In this document: positions 20,201-28,619 of the stretch, piece by piece
Numbering within the stretch: position 1 is the first letter of the stretch
How the letters are laid out: the number at the start of each line of letters is the position of its first letter
Source of the DNA: Thermodesulfovibrionales bacterium
GTDB taxonomy: Bacteria > Nitrospirota > Thermodesulfovibrionia > Thermodesulfovibrionales > UBA6898
DNA length: 50,379 nt
Assembly (NCBI GenBank): GCA_044450345.1
Contig: JBIOIY010000014.1
Span: 1-50,379, forward strand
Direction of reading: 5' to 3'
Made by a program: the position numbers and the translations under genes
Notes under the pieces: generated by a model
Database searches by the model: none
What the model saw: only the letters and a program-made list of their open reading frames with translations
Told to the model about the DNA's origin: nothing

Positions 20201-20760
20201 ACACCAGATACGAGTTCATGACAAAGCAGCACGAAGACCTTACGAGGTCTATAGCTGAGCTCGAGGAGGCGATTTCGAAGATCAACAGCACGACCAGAAA
20301 GAAGCTGAAGGATGCCTACGAGGAGTTGAACGCGAAATTCGGAGAGGTCTTCCGGACTTTATTCGGCGGCGGAAGGGCTGAATTAGTGCTGACGGACGAG
20401 AACAATATTCTCGAATCGGGTATCGATATTGTCGTGCAGCCCCCGGGAAAGAAACTGCAGAATATCCATCTCCTATCGGGAGGCGAAAAGGCCCTGACCG
20501 CGCTCGCTATCCAGTTTGCAAGCTTTTTGATCAAGCCGACGCCCCTCTGCATCCTCGATGAGGCCGACGCGCCCCTTGATGAATCCAATACGGAGAGGTA
20601 TTCCAAGATGCTCAATGACCTCTCCTCTCAAACACAGTTCATAGTCGTGACACACAATAGGACAACGATGGGCGTTGCACAGCACCTCTATGGCATTACA
20701 ATGGAAGAGGCAGGGGTCTCGAAGGTGATCTCTATGCAGATGGCCGAGGTCCCTACGTAG
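17254..20760 (+). CDS. smc: Chromosome partition protein SMC
   Basis: GFKSFAD, Walker A GPNGCGKSN, long coiled coils with central hinge, LSGGEK signature, Walker B ILDEADAPLD; 1168 aa. Confidence 0.98.
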   Translation: MRIEKIELIGFKSFADKTTFALHPGITGIVGPNGCGKSNIVDAFRWVLGEQSAKSLRGDKMEEVIFNGSSLKKPKGMAEVSMVVSGLNGAGAAGNGGQGDQLTVSRRLYRSGESEYMINKAPCRLKDIKDIFLDTGLDFRSYSILEQGRIGEILNSKPIERRFIIEEVAGVMKYKIRRAEALSKLESSRTNLLRITDIIAEVKKQINILDRLAKKAERYKKLSAEMHAIELKIARNEFQKIRDALAAILQEYNDLREKEAVMNAEISEAETKTESRRLTLLEKEKGLELVQNEFQTMEREISEIERGIAVAKNDISNLGEYQAKLVGQEEEVETRRAEMSAKCEELRSNAEKLSNEIDGHTVMLREKAEAFRSIEEELADKEEQIEDKRKEIFRVSEQLSGQRNEIGRQQTAYESLERREAAAMREGEDSRKILTGIEASISEAESGIHGSNNEALLLREKKEVLLHELSGAKGRVELLLKSVAEAREEFASFTSRLDSLKEIVFDTPTRELLSSAVEVTILASMSDILEVDALYEKAIESALAEKSDSLITGSADDILRAISSLKGKDVGKSAFITVSPPQTLTYGDLPEGIIGRALDFVKVKEGYAKVAENLLGGVLITKDIETALGLRASDMTYTFVTDEGEVVEPSGAVVLGGDKGIFRRKREIRELQEIIEAKKVLIENMSVELQSAQEGILEKEAAVKYVETSLHNLEKEISLSRLTVDNYTEEKERTNRKLSYLTLETEEIVREKEALHAAIAAGEEQIRSVEAKKAGLEQESLLIQEGISSRKAEIEEYRSEVTDLRLLIASNKERLEAVRSETESSFKTIEDLKQKKIELQSEKESVRGRIAQRDAEILEQESRLRKIVAGADTLRMDISKRKDEIEQENQELLTVEHGLKAMRQQSSSAAQRVSELDVARAEHKLRLENLAENVRNNYGCEIEEFDISVVSNEEEERLAELRNKIQEMGAVNLGTLDEYEELNTRYEFMTKQHEDLTRSIAELEEAISKINSTTRKKLKDAYEELNAKFGEVFRTLFGGGRAELVLTDENNILESGIDIVVQPPGKKLQNIHLLSGGEKALTALAIQFASFLIKPTPLCILDEADAPLDESNTERYSKMLNDLSSQTQFIVVTHNRTTMGVAQHLYGITMEEAGVSKVISMQMAEVPT

Positions 20761-20782
20761 ATGGCCCCATGTTGGGCCGCTC

Positions 20783-20810
20783 GTAGGGGCACGTCGCGAC
20801 GTGCCCCTAC
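20783..20810. repeat. GTAG-family REP-like perfect 28-bp palindrome
   Basis: GTAGGGGCACGTCG|CGACGTGCCCCTAC is exactly self-complementary. Confidence 0.85.
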
Positions 20811-20828
20811 CATCATCAACCTCCCTGA

Positions 20829-22181
20829 ATGAAAAAGTTAGCGGAAATACTCCCGGGCAAGATCTCGACCGAGCCGGAAGACCTTCTCTGCTACGGCTTC
20901 GACGCCTCGGGTCTCGATGCTGCTCCTTCAGCGGTAGTCTGGCCCCGGAGTGTGGACGATGTCGTCAAGATACTCGGCTTCGCGTATGCTAATGATATCC
21001 CGGTAATCCCCAGGGGGGCAGGCAGCGGGATGACGGGCGGATCTGTTCCCTCCAAAGGAGCTGTTGTTTTAAGCCTCGAGCGGATGAACAAGATACTCGA
21101 TATCGACAGGGAGAATATGAGCGTCCTTGTCGAGCCCGGGGTCATTAACGGAAAACTCCAGCGTGAACTCGAACGGCATAAACTTTTTTATCCTCCTGAT
21201 CCTGCAAGCATGAATTTTTGTACGATAGGCGGAAATGTCGCAGAAAATTCCGGGGGTCCCAGGGCGATCAAATACGGCGTCACGAGGGACTATGTGATGG
21301 GAATCGAGGCGGTTCTGCCGGACGGCCGGATCATCAATACCGGCGTGAAAACAGCGAAGGGAGTTGTGGGCTATGACCTTACGCGGCTCATCGTCGGTTC
21401 CGAGGGGACCCTTGCCGTCGTGACGAAGATCAGGCTCAGGGTATTGCCCCTCCCGGAGGATGTGATTACTCTTCTTGCGCTCTTTAATGACACCGGCAGG
21501 GCAGCAGAAGCGGTCAGGCTGATACTTGCCCAGCGGATAATCCCAAGGACCCTCGAATTCCTCGACAGCGGGGCCATAGATGCGGTCGAAAATTATAGAC
21601 CCACCGGCATTCCGAAGGATGCTGAGGCGCTGCTCCTGATAGAACTCGACGGTCATCCCCAGACAATTACCAAAGAGGCGGAGAGGATATCAGAGATCAT
21701 CGGCAGACTCCAGGGAGAGGTGACGATGGCCGAAGACGAGGCCGCCAGGGAGAAGATATGGGAGGCTAGGCGGGCTGTTTCGCCCGCACTTTATCACCTG
21801 AAGCCCACGAAGATAAACGAAGACATCGTTGTGCCGAGGAGCAGGATACCGGAGATGCTGAATGTCCTCAAAAGACTGTCCGAAGAGACCGGCATCACAA
21901 TAGTTAATTTCGGCCATGCCGGAGACGGCAATATCCACGTGAACCTCATGGTCGACAAAAAAAACAAGGAAGAATATGACAAGGCGCAAAACCTGGTAAA
22001 GGAGATCTTCAGGGCGACGATCGAGCTGGGAGGCACAATATCGGGAGAGCACGGCATAGGTCTCACGAAGGCCGCTTATATTTCGATGGAGATACCGCCG
22101 TCGGAACTCGATCTTATGAAGAAGATCAAGGCTGTTTTTGATCCGAAGAATATCCTGAATCCAGGGAAGATATTCCCATAG
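20829..22181 (+). CDS. FAD-linked oxidoreductase, GlcD/D-lactate dehydrogenase family
   Basis: PRGAGSGMTGG, YPPDPAS, TIGGNVAEN, GSEGTL, FGHAGDGNIH, GTISGEHGIG, LNPGKIF. Confidence 0.93.
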   Translation: MKKLAEILPGKISTEPEDLLCYGFDASGLDAAPSAVVWPRSVDDVVKILGFAYANDIPVIPRGAGSGMTGGSVPSKGAVVLSLERMNKILDIDRENMSVLVEPGVINGKLQRELERHKLFYPPDPASMNFCTIGGNVAENSGGPRAIKYGVTRDYVMGIEAVLPDGRIINTGVKTAKGVVGYDLTRLIVGSEGTLAVVTKIRLRVLPLPEDVITLLALFNDTGRAAEAVRLILAQRIIPRTLEFLDSGAIDAVENYRPTGIPKDAEALLLIELDGHPQTITKEAERISEIIGRLQGEVTMAEDEAAREKIWEARRAVSPALYHLKPTKINEDIVVPRSRIPEMLNVLKRLSEETGITIVNFGHAGDGNIHVNLMVDKKNKEEYDKAQNLVKEIFRATIELGGTISGEHGIGLTKAAYISMEIPPSELDLMKKIKAVFDPKNILNPGKIFP

Positions 22182-22185
22182 CAAG

Positions 22186-22349
22186 ACAATTAATAGAGAC
22201 AAAAAGAGACTGTCTTGTCGCTCATTCTCGGTCGCCGCTGCGACCTGCGAGGCATTTTCTCCGTCCGTCAATGATGATACAGACGGGCGAATACGAGAAA
22301 ATGAAACCGCTCAAAGACAGTCTCTTTCTGCTTATTTGTTATTAATTGT
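22186..22349. repeat. ~165-bp nested foldback element (MITE-like or structured RNA)
   Basis: Nested inverted repeats ACAATTAATA/TATTAATTGT, AAAGAGACTGTCTT/AAGACAGTCTCTTT, CATTTTCTC/GAGAAAATG, CGTCCGTC/GACGGGCG. Confidence 0.7.
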
Positions 22350-22439
22350 ATAAGCTTTAAAATGGGCTAGCGCAACTGTCTCGCCGGCTGTTGTGCATTA
22401 GGGATAGTATCTGTAAAATATAGTAATGACTAGAGCGAG

Positions 22440-22991
22440 GTGCCTGGTGATATGGCCGGTATAAGGAAACTTTTTTTATGTATCTCCTGTTTCATATTTC
22501 TGACGGCCATGGGTGCGACTCCGCCCGCAGGCAGTGAAAAAAAACCTGTTTCACCTTCTGAGGTCGACAAGCTCGAAAAGAACAGGGCCCCGGACTTCTC
22601 ATTGAAGGACCTCAGCGGAAGGCCGGTAACGCTCTTGTCGTTGCGGGGAAAGGTCGTCCTTCTGAATTTCTGGGCGACATGGTGTCCTCCCTGCATATCG
22701 GAGATGCCGGTATTCAACAGACTCTATAAAGAGATGAGAGCGTGCGGACTCGAGGTCGTTGCGATTTCAGCTGATCGCTCCGAGGGCTACGTAAGGGACT
22801 ATACAAGCAAGCACAGCCTTGACTTCAGGGTACTCTACGATGAAAGCCGCGACGTAGTCAAACGGTACAAGGTGTTTTCGATGCCGACTACGTTTCTGAT
22901 AGACAAAAACGGCTTTATTGTAGAGAAGTTTTTCGGCGAGTATGACTGGACCGACCAGGAGATAAAGAAGAAGATCGAGAAGTTGCTTTAG
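22440..22991 (+). CDS. TlpA/ResA-like periplasmic thiol-disulfide reductase
   Basis: Hydrophobic N-terminus, APDFSL, LNFWATWCPPC..EMP, PTTFLID. Confidence 0.93.
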   Translation: MPGDMAGIRKLFLCISCFIFLTAMGATPPAGSEKKPVSPSEVDKLEKNRAPDFSLKDLSGRPVTLLSLRGKVVLLNFWATWCPPCISEMPVFNRLYKEMRACGLEVVAISADRSEGYVRDYTSKHSLDFRVLYDESRDVVKRYKVFSMPTTFLIDKNGFIVEKFFGEYDWTDQEIKKKIEKLL

Positions 22992-23120
22992 GGTATATTT
23001 CTGTTCCGATACGGCTTTCAGGCCGAAACCTTCAGGCAAAACTACTTCCTATCCTGCGCACCCCGAAACGTTTTCTCCCGCTACAGGATACAAATAACAC
23101 CGATCAAAGAACGCAGGCCG

Positions 23121-24182
23121 CTAGAATATGCTGAACTTGAAATACTTACGCGGCTGCTCCTTTATGTCTTTCATCAAGTTCTTGAGTTCAGCGACGGTCT
23201 CTTTTACCTCTTTGGCCAGTTCCTTGTCCCCGACAAGTGCCCCAGCCGCCCCTTCGCCTGTATCGATTTTTTCCAGAATCGATGAGATGTGCAGGGAAGT
23301 CTTGTTGAGGTTATCATACAGCGCAGGGTCTTCTATAAGTTTACTTACTGTCCCTGAGGAGTTGTTAAGTTTATTACCGAATGTCTCAAGTGAAGACGTC
23401 GCCCCGACAAGGCGGTTATAGAGGAGGTCATCTTCGACCAGTTTATTCAGAGTTCCCGACCCTTTCTCAAGCTTCAAGCTGAAGCCTTCAAGGGACTTGG
23501 TGGTACTTGAAAGCCTCTCATAGAGCGAAGGGTCCTTCACTAGCATACCGATGGTCCCCCGCCCTTCTCCGATGTCTTTTGCGATGAGGGCGAGATACTT
23601 CGATGATTCCTTAAGGTTGTCGTAAAGGGAAGGGTCTTCAAGAAATCTGGAGAGGGTCCCCTTGCTTTTTTCGAGCCTCTCTGCGAGTCTTCCCATTTTT
23701 TCGATGAAGTCGTTTATCTTCTGGACCGACTCGCCGCTTGCCGCCATCATGTCCTTGAGGTCGATCTGCGAAACCCCGCGAATCATCTCCCCTGCCTCAA
23801 GGGGCGGAGACTTCGATGTGCCGGGGTTCAGCTCAATGTATTTGTCGCCCAGCATACCCATCGTTAAAACACTCGCTGCGGAATCCTTCTTCAGAAAACC
23901 GAGCACTTTTTTATAGACAGATATAGTAACTACCGTCCCGTATTTCGCATCGAGACTTATGTCTTCCACAGACCCTTCCTCGATGCCGTAGACCCAGACA
24001 GGGGCGCCTTTTTTCAGCCCCTTGACGTCTGATACGGCGGCCTTTATCGTGACCTTTGGGTAGAGAAGCCGCTCGATGCTCCCAGCAAAAAAGACGCTGA
24101 GGAAAAGGATCCCAAGGGCGAGCGTCAAAATTATCCCGGTCTTTATCTGCGCCCACCGGACCTGCTTTTTCATATCAAACAT
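23121..24182 (-). CDS. mlaD: MlaD/MCE family protein with long helical repeat extension
   Basis: N-terminal TM helix, GLKKGAPVWVYG, MGMLGDKYIEL; repeated G-T-h-x-x-h-h-x-D-P-x-L-Y units. Confidence 0.9.
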   Translation of the reverse strand: MFDMKKQVRWAQIKTGIILTLALGILFLSVFFAGSIERLLYPKVTIKAAVSDVKGLKKGAPVWVYGIEEGSVEDISLDAKYGTVVTISVYKKVLGFLKKDSAASVLTMGMLGDKYIELNPGTSKSPPLEAGEMIRGVSQIDLKDMMAASGESVQKINDFIEKMGRLAERLEKSKGTLSRFLEDPSLYDNLKESSKYLALIAKDIGEGRGTIGMLVKDPSLYERLSSTTKSLEGFSLKLEKGSGTLNKLVEDDLLYNRLVGATSSLETFGNKLNNSSGTVSKLIEDPALYDNLNKTSLHISSILEKIDTGEGAAGALVGDKELAKEVKETVAELKNLMKDIKEQPRKYFKFSIF

Positions 24183-24203
24183 ATCGTCCTCCTCTTGTCT
24201 GTG

Positions 24204-24953
24204 TCATTTGGGCCTCGATGGACCGTGGTGAGACATATCACTGATAAAGAACTTTATATCAGGGATATCAGAATTAAACAGCCCCTGCCTGCCGCCGTCA
24301 AAAAGCAGTTCACCGTTTTTTAAAAACATAAACCTGTCGGCGACCTTCATCGCGTCGGACACCTTGTGGGTCACCATAATGAAGCCTTTTCCGTCCTTAG
24401 AGAGGTCCGCGATCAACCTGCATATGTTGTCTGCATTTAGCGGGTCCAGCCCTGTTGTCGGTTCGTCGTAAAGAAACATCCTTGGCGTAGCCAGGGCGAG
24501 TGACCGGGCGAGGGATACCCTCCGGTGCATACCGCCGCTCAGCTCCTCAGGCATGAGTTCCAGCGCCTGCTCGACGCCTACCGTGCCGAGGATCAGCCTC
24601 ACCTTTGCATCGATCTCTTCCTCTGACATCTTTGTATATTCCCGGAGGCAGTAGGCGACGTTTTCCTTTACATTCAGGGAATCGAAGAGGGCTCCTTCCT
24701 GGAACACGATATTAAACTTCATCCTTACCTCTCGGAGTTCGCTTTCCCTTTTGGCCGTGATGTCCTCGCTGTCGACGAATATCCTTCCCGCATCAGGCCT
24801 TATGAGCCCCAGGATGAGCCTAAGGATTGTCGTTTTCCCTTCTCCGCTTCCGCCGAGAACTGCCACACGCTCGTGAAACCCTACGGAAAAGTCGACTCCC
24901 TTAAGGATCTCTCTGGAGTTGTAAGAAAAATGGACCTTCTCGAATACGATCAT
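24204..24953 (-). CDS. mlaF: MlaF-like ABC ATPase
   Basis: GGSGEGKT, FQEGALFDSL, ELSGGM, YDEPTTGLDP; start moved to ATG 24953. Confidence 0.92.
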   Translation of the reverse strand: MIVFEKVHFSYNSREILKGVDFSVGFHERVAVLGGSGEGKTTILRLILGLIRPDAGRIFVDSEDITAKRESELREVRMKFNIVFQEGALFDSLNVKENVAYCLREYTKMSEEEIDAKVRLILGTVGVEQALELMPEELSGGMHRRVSLARSLALATPRMFLYDEPTTGLDPLNADNICRLIADLSKDGKGFIMVTHKVSDAMKVADRFMFLKNGELLFDGGRQGLFNSDIPDIKFFISDMSHHGPSRPK

Positions 24954-25726
24954 ACCGAGAACCCCAGGACATAGAGGAGCAGTCTTGTGAGAAGGAAGTC
25001 CGAGACGATGATCATTACGATCGACATCACCACGGCCTTCGTCGTCGACTGTCGCAGCCCGATCGAGCCTCCCTTTGTGGAAAGCCCTGTGTAGCAGCAT
25101 ATGCAGGAAATCAGGTATCCAAAGACAAAGGGTTTTATGGCCCCGGCCAGCACGTTTTCGATAGTCAGTATATTCCGGATGGAACTCCAGTAGAACGAGC
25201 CGCTCTGATGGCTCACGTACACCGCAATGTAATAACCGCCGAGCAGTGAGACGGCTACACCGATAACCGTCAGCGCCGGCAGCATGATCAGGGAACTCAC
25301 TATCCTCGGGGTCACGAGTTTTTTTACCGGATCAAATCCGAAGACGCGGATCATGTCGACCTGGTGCCCCAGGACCATGGACCCCAGTTCCGAGGCCATT
25401 CCTGCTCCAACGCGGCCGGTGAAGACAAGGGCTGTCACTACCGGCCCAAGTTCCCTCACAACAGAAATGCCGACGATCATGCCTATGTACATCTTCAGCC
25501 CTAAGCTTGAGAGCTCCGCAGACAACTGGAGGGAAAGGGCCATGCCGACAAAGAGATTGACGATAAAGACGATCACGAGAGAGCCGGCCCCCGCATAATC
25601 CATCTGCAGGACAGCGTCTTTCAGGTAAAAAGGCCGGCGGACTATACCCAAAAGGCCCGTGAGGGACAGGGAATAGAAATTCTGAAGGTCGCATATCGTT
25701 TCTTTTATCTTCATTCTTCCATTCAA
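24950..25726 (-). CDS. mlaE: MlaE-like ABC permease
   Basis: VRELGPVVTAL, GRVGAGMASELGSM, LVTPRI, TTKAVV. Confidence 0.93.
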   Translation of the reverse strand: MNGRMKIKETICDLQNFYSLSLTGLLGIVRRPFYLKDAVLQMDYAGAGSLVIVFIVNLFVGMALSLQLSAELSSLGLKMYIGMIVGISVVRELGPVVTALVFTGRVGAGMASELGSMVLGHQVDMIRVFGFDPVKKLVTPRIVSSLIMLPALTVIGVAVSLLGGYYIAVYVSHQSGSFYWSSIRNILTIENVLAGAIKPFVFGYLISCICCYTGLSTKGGSIGLRQSTTKAVVMSIVMIIVSDFLLTRLLLYVLGFSV

Positions 25727-25771
25727 TTACGGCGGGACCGTTTTCGACTTAATGGTCTTACGCGGTTATTC

Positions 25772-25800
25772 ATATTATTATCTTTGTCTTGCGGCGTCAA
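25772..25800 (-). promoter_or_regulatory. Sigma70-type promoter for mlaEFD
   Basis: Minus strand TTGACG-17 nt-TAATAT. Confidence 0.45.
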
Positions 25801-25827
25801 CAAAATATTATCATGACTTGTTGCCGC

Positions 25828-26799
25828 CTACTCATAGGGGTTCCACAGATGACACGAGACGAGCCTCCCGCGGCTCTCTTTCAGTTCAGGCACCACCCTG
25901 TCGCAGGGCCCGAATCGTTTCGGGCATCTGGGGTGGAATGGACATCCGGGCGGTATATGTATCGGGCTCGGCACCTCGCCTTTAAGCAGCACTCTCGCAG
26001 CCTTTTTTGCACCTTCCGGTCTTATTCTCGGCGCCGAGGCAAGGAGGACCTCGCTGTAAGGATGGAAGGGCTTCTCGAAGAACTCTTCTGTTTTTGCCTG
26101 TTCCACTATCTTCCCGAGGTACATAACGCCGACCTCATCGCTGAAATAGTTGACCACCCTGAGGTCGTGGCTGATGAAAAGAAACGATATCTTCGTCTTT
26201 TTTTTAAGTTCTATTAGGAGGTTGATTATCTGGGCCTGTATGGAGACATCGAGGGCCGACAGCGGCTCATCGGCAACGATTATCTCCGGAGACACGGCAA
26301 GCGCCCGTGCGATGCATATCCTCTGCCGTTGTCCGCCGCTGAACTCATGGGGGTAACGGCCAAGGGTCTCGGGTCCGAGTCCGACCTGACCGATGATGTC
26401 TACGACCGCATCCTTCATCTTCGGCCTCGAGATCAGCTTATGTATCACAAGGGGCTCCGATATTGTATCGTACACCGTCCTTCTCGGATTCAAAGACGCG
26501 AAGGGGTCCTGAAAAATGATCTGGACCGATTTCCGGAACATTTTTATCTCAGGCCCTTTCAATGTGAAGATGTTTTGCCCTTTGAACAAGACAGACCCTG
26601 CCGTAGGCTCCATCAGCCTCAGGACCAGTCTTGCGACCGTGGATTTTCCGCATCCGCTCTCTCCCACCAGTGCGAAAACACCGTCTTTGCGGATTGAAAA
26701 ATTCACCCCGTCGACAGCCTTAAGCATTACGCGGTCCGATGCGAATGTCTTCCTGACCGTGAAAAACTTCTTTAGAGAATCAGTCCTGAGAAGTTCCAT
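25828..26799 (-). CDS. Oligopeptide/dipeptide ABC transporter ATPase (OppF/DppF-like)
   Basis: GESGCGKS, FQDPFASLNP, YPHEFSGGQRQR, C-terminal GCPFHPRC. Confidence 0.93.
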   Translation of the reverse strand: MELLRTDSLKKFFTVRKTFASDRVMLKAVDGVNFSIRKDGVFALVGESGCGKSTVARLVLRLMEPTAGSVLFKGQNIFTLKGPEIKMFRKSVQIIFQDPFASLNPRRTVYDTISEPLVIHKLISRPKMKDAVVDIIGQVGLGPETLGRYPHEFSGGQRQRICIARALAVSPEIIVADEPLSALDVSIQAQIINLLIELKKKTKISFLFISHDLRVVNYFSDEVGVMYLGKIVEQAKTEEFFEKPFHPYSEVLLASAPRIRPEGAKKAARVLLKGEVPSPIHIPPGCPFHPRCPKRFGPCDRVVPELKESRGRLVSCHLWNPYE

Positions 26800-26821
26800 G
26801 TTGTTCCTGCAGTGATATTTT

Positions 26822-27769
26822 TCATGTCAGTCCGCACCTCACGAAATGCCCTTCTGAAATCTCGAGGAAAGGAGTGTCTGACTCTGTGCACGCGCCGACG
26901 GCCTTTGTACATCTTTCCGCGTATCTGCACCCAGCCGGAAAATCTTCAGGCCCCGGAACGCTCCCCGAGATGGGTTTTAATGGCGCCCCTTTTCCCTTTG
27001 GAATAGACTCAAGAAGCCCTATGGTATAAGGGTGTCTGGGATTATTGAATATCTCCGAGGTGTCGGCCAGTTCGACGAGTTTGCCCGCGTACATGATGGC
27101 GACCCGAGACGCGTTTTCCGCGATCACACCGAGGTCATGAGTAATGAAAAGGATCGACATCCTGCGCTCTTCCCTGAGTCTTTGTATGAGGTCGATTATC
27201 TGGGCCTGGATAGTGACATCAAGGGCGGTTGTGGGCTCGTCCGCGATGAGGAGAGAAGGGTTGCACGCGATCGCCATGGCGATCATGACGCGCTGTCTCA
27301 TGCCTCCGGACATCTGGTGCGGATACTCCTTTATTCTGACTTCGGCCGAAGGGATCTTTACCGCGTTGAGAAGCTCGACCGCCTTGTCCATCGCATCTTT
27401 CTTTGACATGCCGCGATGGGTAACGAGTACTTCTGCGATCTGGTATCCTATGGTGAGGACCGGGTTGAGAGATGTCATAGGTTCCTGAAATACCATGGAC
27501 ATTTCGTTTCCCCTCAGACGTCTCTTGGATTCCTCGTCAAACGTAAGAAGGTCTTTCCCCTTGAACAATATCTGCCCATTCGCAAATGCGTTCCGAGGCA
27601 GGATCCCCATGATGGAGAGGGCCGTAATACTCTTGCCGCAACCGCTTTCGCCGGCGAGACCGAATATTTCCGATTCCTCTATGGAAAAATTAAGACCCGA
27701 TACGACCTCGACAGGGTTGGATGCGGATCTGAAATAGATATGGAGATCCCTTATGTCGAGAAGGGACAC
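26822..27769 (-). CDS. Oligopeptide/dipeptide ABC transporter ATPase (OppD/DppD-like)
   Basis: GESGCGKS, FQEPMTSLNP, YPHQMSGGMRQR, DEPTTALDVTIQAQI. Confidence 0.93.
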   Translation of the reverse strand: MSLLDIRDLHIYFRSASNPVEVVSGLNFSIEESEIFGLAGESGCGKSITALSIMGILPRNAFANGQILFKGKDLLTFDEESKRRLRGNEMSMVFQEPMTSLNPVLTIGYQIAEVLVTHRGMSKKDAMDKAVELLNAVKIPSAEVRIKEYPHQMSGGMRQRVMIAMAIACNPSLLIADEPTTALDVTIQAQIIDLIQRLREERRMSILFITHDLGVIAENASRVAIMYAGKLVELADTSEIFNNPRHPYTIGLLESIPKGKGAPLKPISGSVPGPEDFPAGCRYAERCTKAVGACTESDTPFLEISEGHFVRCGLT

Positions 27770-27775
27770 TGTTTG

Positions 27776-28480
27776 TTATTTTTCCTCTTTTTTCAGGAGC
27801 CTGAGATAATTTTCGGCTTCTTTCAGGCCGGGGTTGTCCTGGAGGGCCTTTTCCCATTCCTCAAAGGCCAGTCCCGTGAGTCCCTGCATGCAGTAAGTCA
27901 GGCCGAGCTGGACCCACGCAGGGCCGTACTTCGGATTGATCTTCTTTGCATTGACGAAATGGACGACCGCCTCTTCCGTAAGACCTTTGTTCCTCAGCGC
28001 GATGCCGAGTTTGGTGTGTACGTCGGCAAGTCTCGGATGAAGCTTCACCGCCTTTTTGTATTCTTCAATGGCCTCGTCGTTCATGGAGAACTCGAGGTAC
28101 ATATTCCCCAGTTTATAATGCTCGTTGGCAAGTTTCCCTGCGATGAAAGGATCAAGGGCATTTGGGTCAGGACTGGCGATCTGGGCCGCCATCGTGAAGA
28201 CCTCCTGCGCTTTCTTGAATTCGCCGAGGTCGTTATATGTTACGGCGAGGTTGAGCGACGCCTCGGTGTAGCTCGGATTGATCTCAAGCGCCTTCTCGAA
28301 ATAGTGAGATGCCTTCCTGAGTTCCCCCTTCAGGTTGCATATTATCCCCATCTTGTTATGGACGTCCGCATATCCGGGATTAAGGGCTATGACTTCCTGC
28401 AGCAGCGGCGCAGCTTCATTAAGTTTGCCCTCGTCGAAAAGTTTCGTGCCTAGTTCATAAAGCTCCTGCAATGTTGACAT
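27776..28480 (-). CDS. Tetratricopeptide repeat protein
   Basis: Repeated A-h-x-h-N-P-x-Y / L-G TPR pattern with ~34-aa spacing. Confidence 0.9.
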   Translation of the reverse strand: MSTLQELYELGTKLFDEGKLNEAAPLLQEVIALNPGYADVHNKMGIICNLKGELRKASHYFEKALEINPSYTEASLNLAVTYNDLGEFKKAQEVFTMAAQIASPDPNALDPFIAGKLANEHYKLGNMYLEFSMNDEAIEEYKKAVKLHPRLADVHTKLGIALRNKGLTEEAVVHFVNAKKINPKYGPAWVQLGLTYCMQGLTGLAFEEWEKALQDNPGLKEAENYLRLLKKEEK

Positions 28481-28488
28481 ACGTATTT

Positions 28489-28518
28489 ACTATAGGTATT
28501 TAAAGGAAAATTTGTCAA
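28489..28518 (-). promoter_or_regulatory. Sigma70-type promoter for TPR-oppD-oppF
   Basis: Minus strand TTGACA-18 nt-TATAGT, 8 nt before the ATG. Confidence 0.65.
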
Positions 28519-28619
28519 GAAATCGCATTGCGGGGCAGTTGTCATAATTTGGGGAAGGGGTGTGAATTATTAAGCTATGCGCAAATCAGGACACTATCCA
28601 TTGCGGCGTATACGTGGAC

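Noticed and set aside
22660..22700. Possible selenocysteine in the TlpA active site
   Set aside because: Motif is WCPPC with TGT and TGC codons; no in-frame TGA
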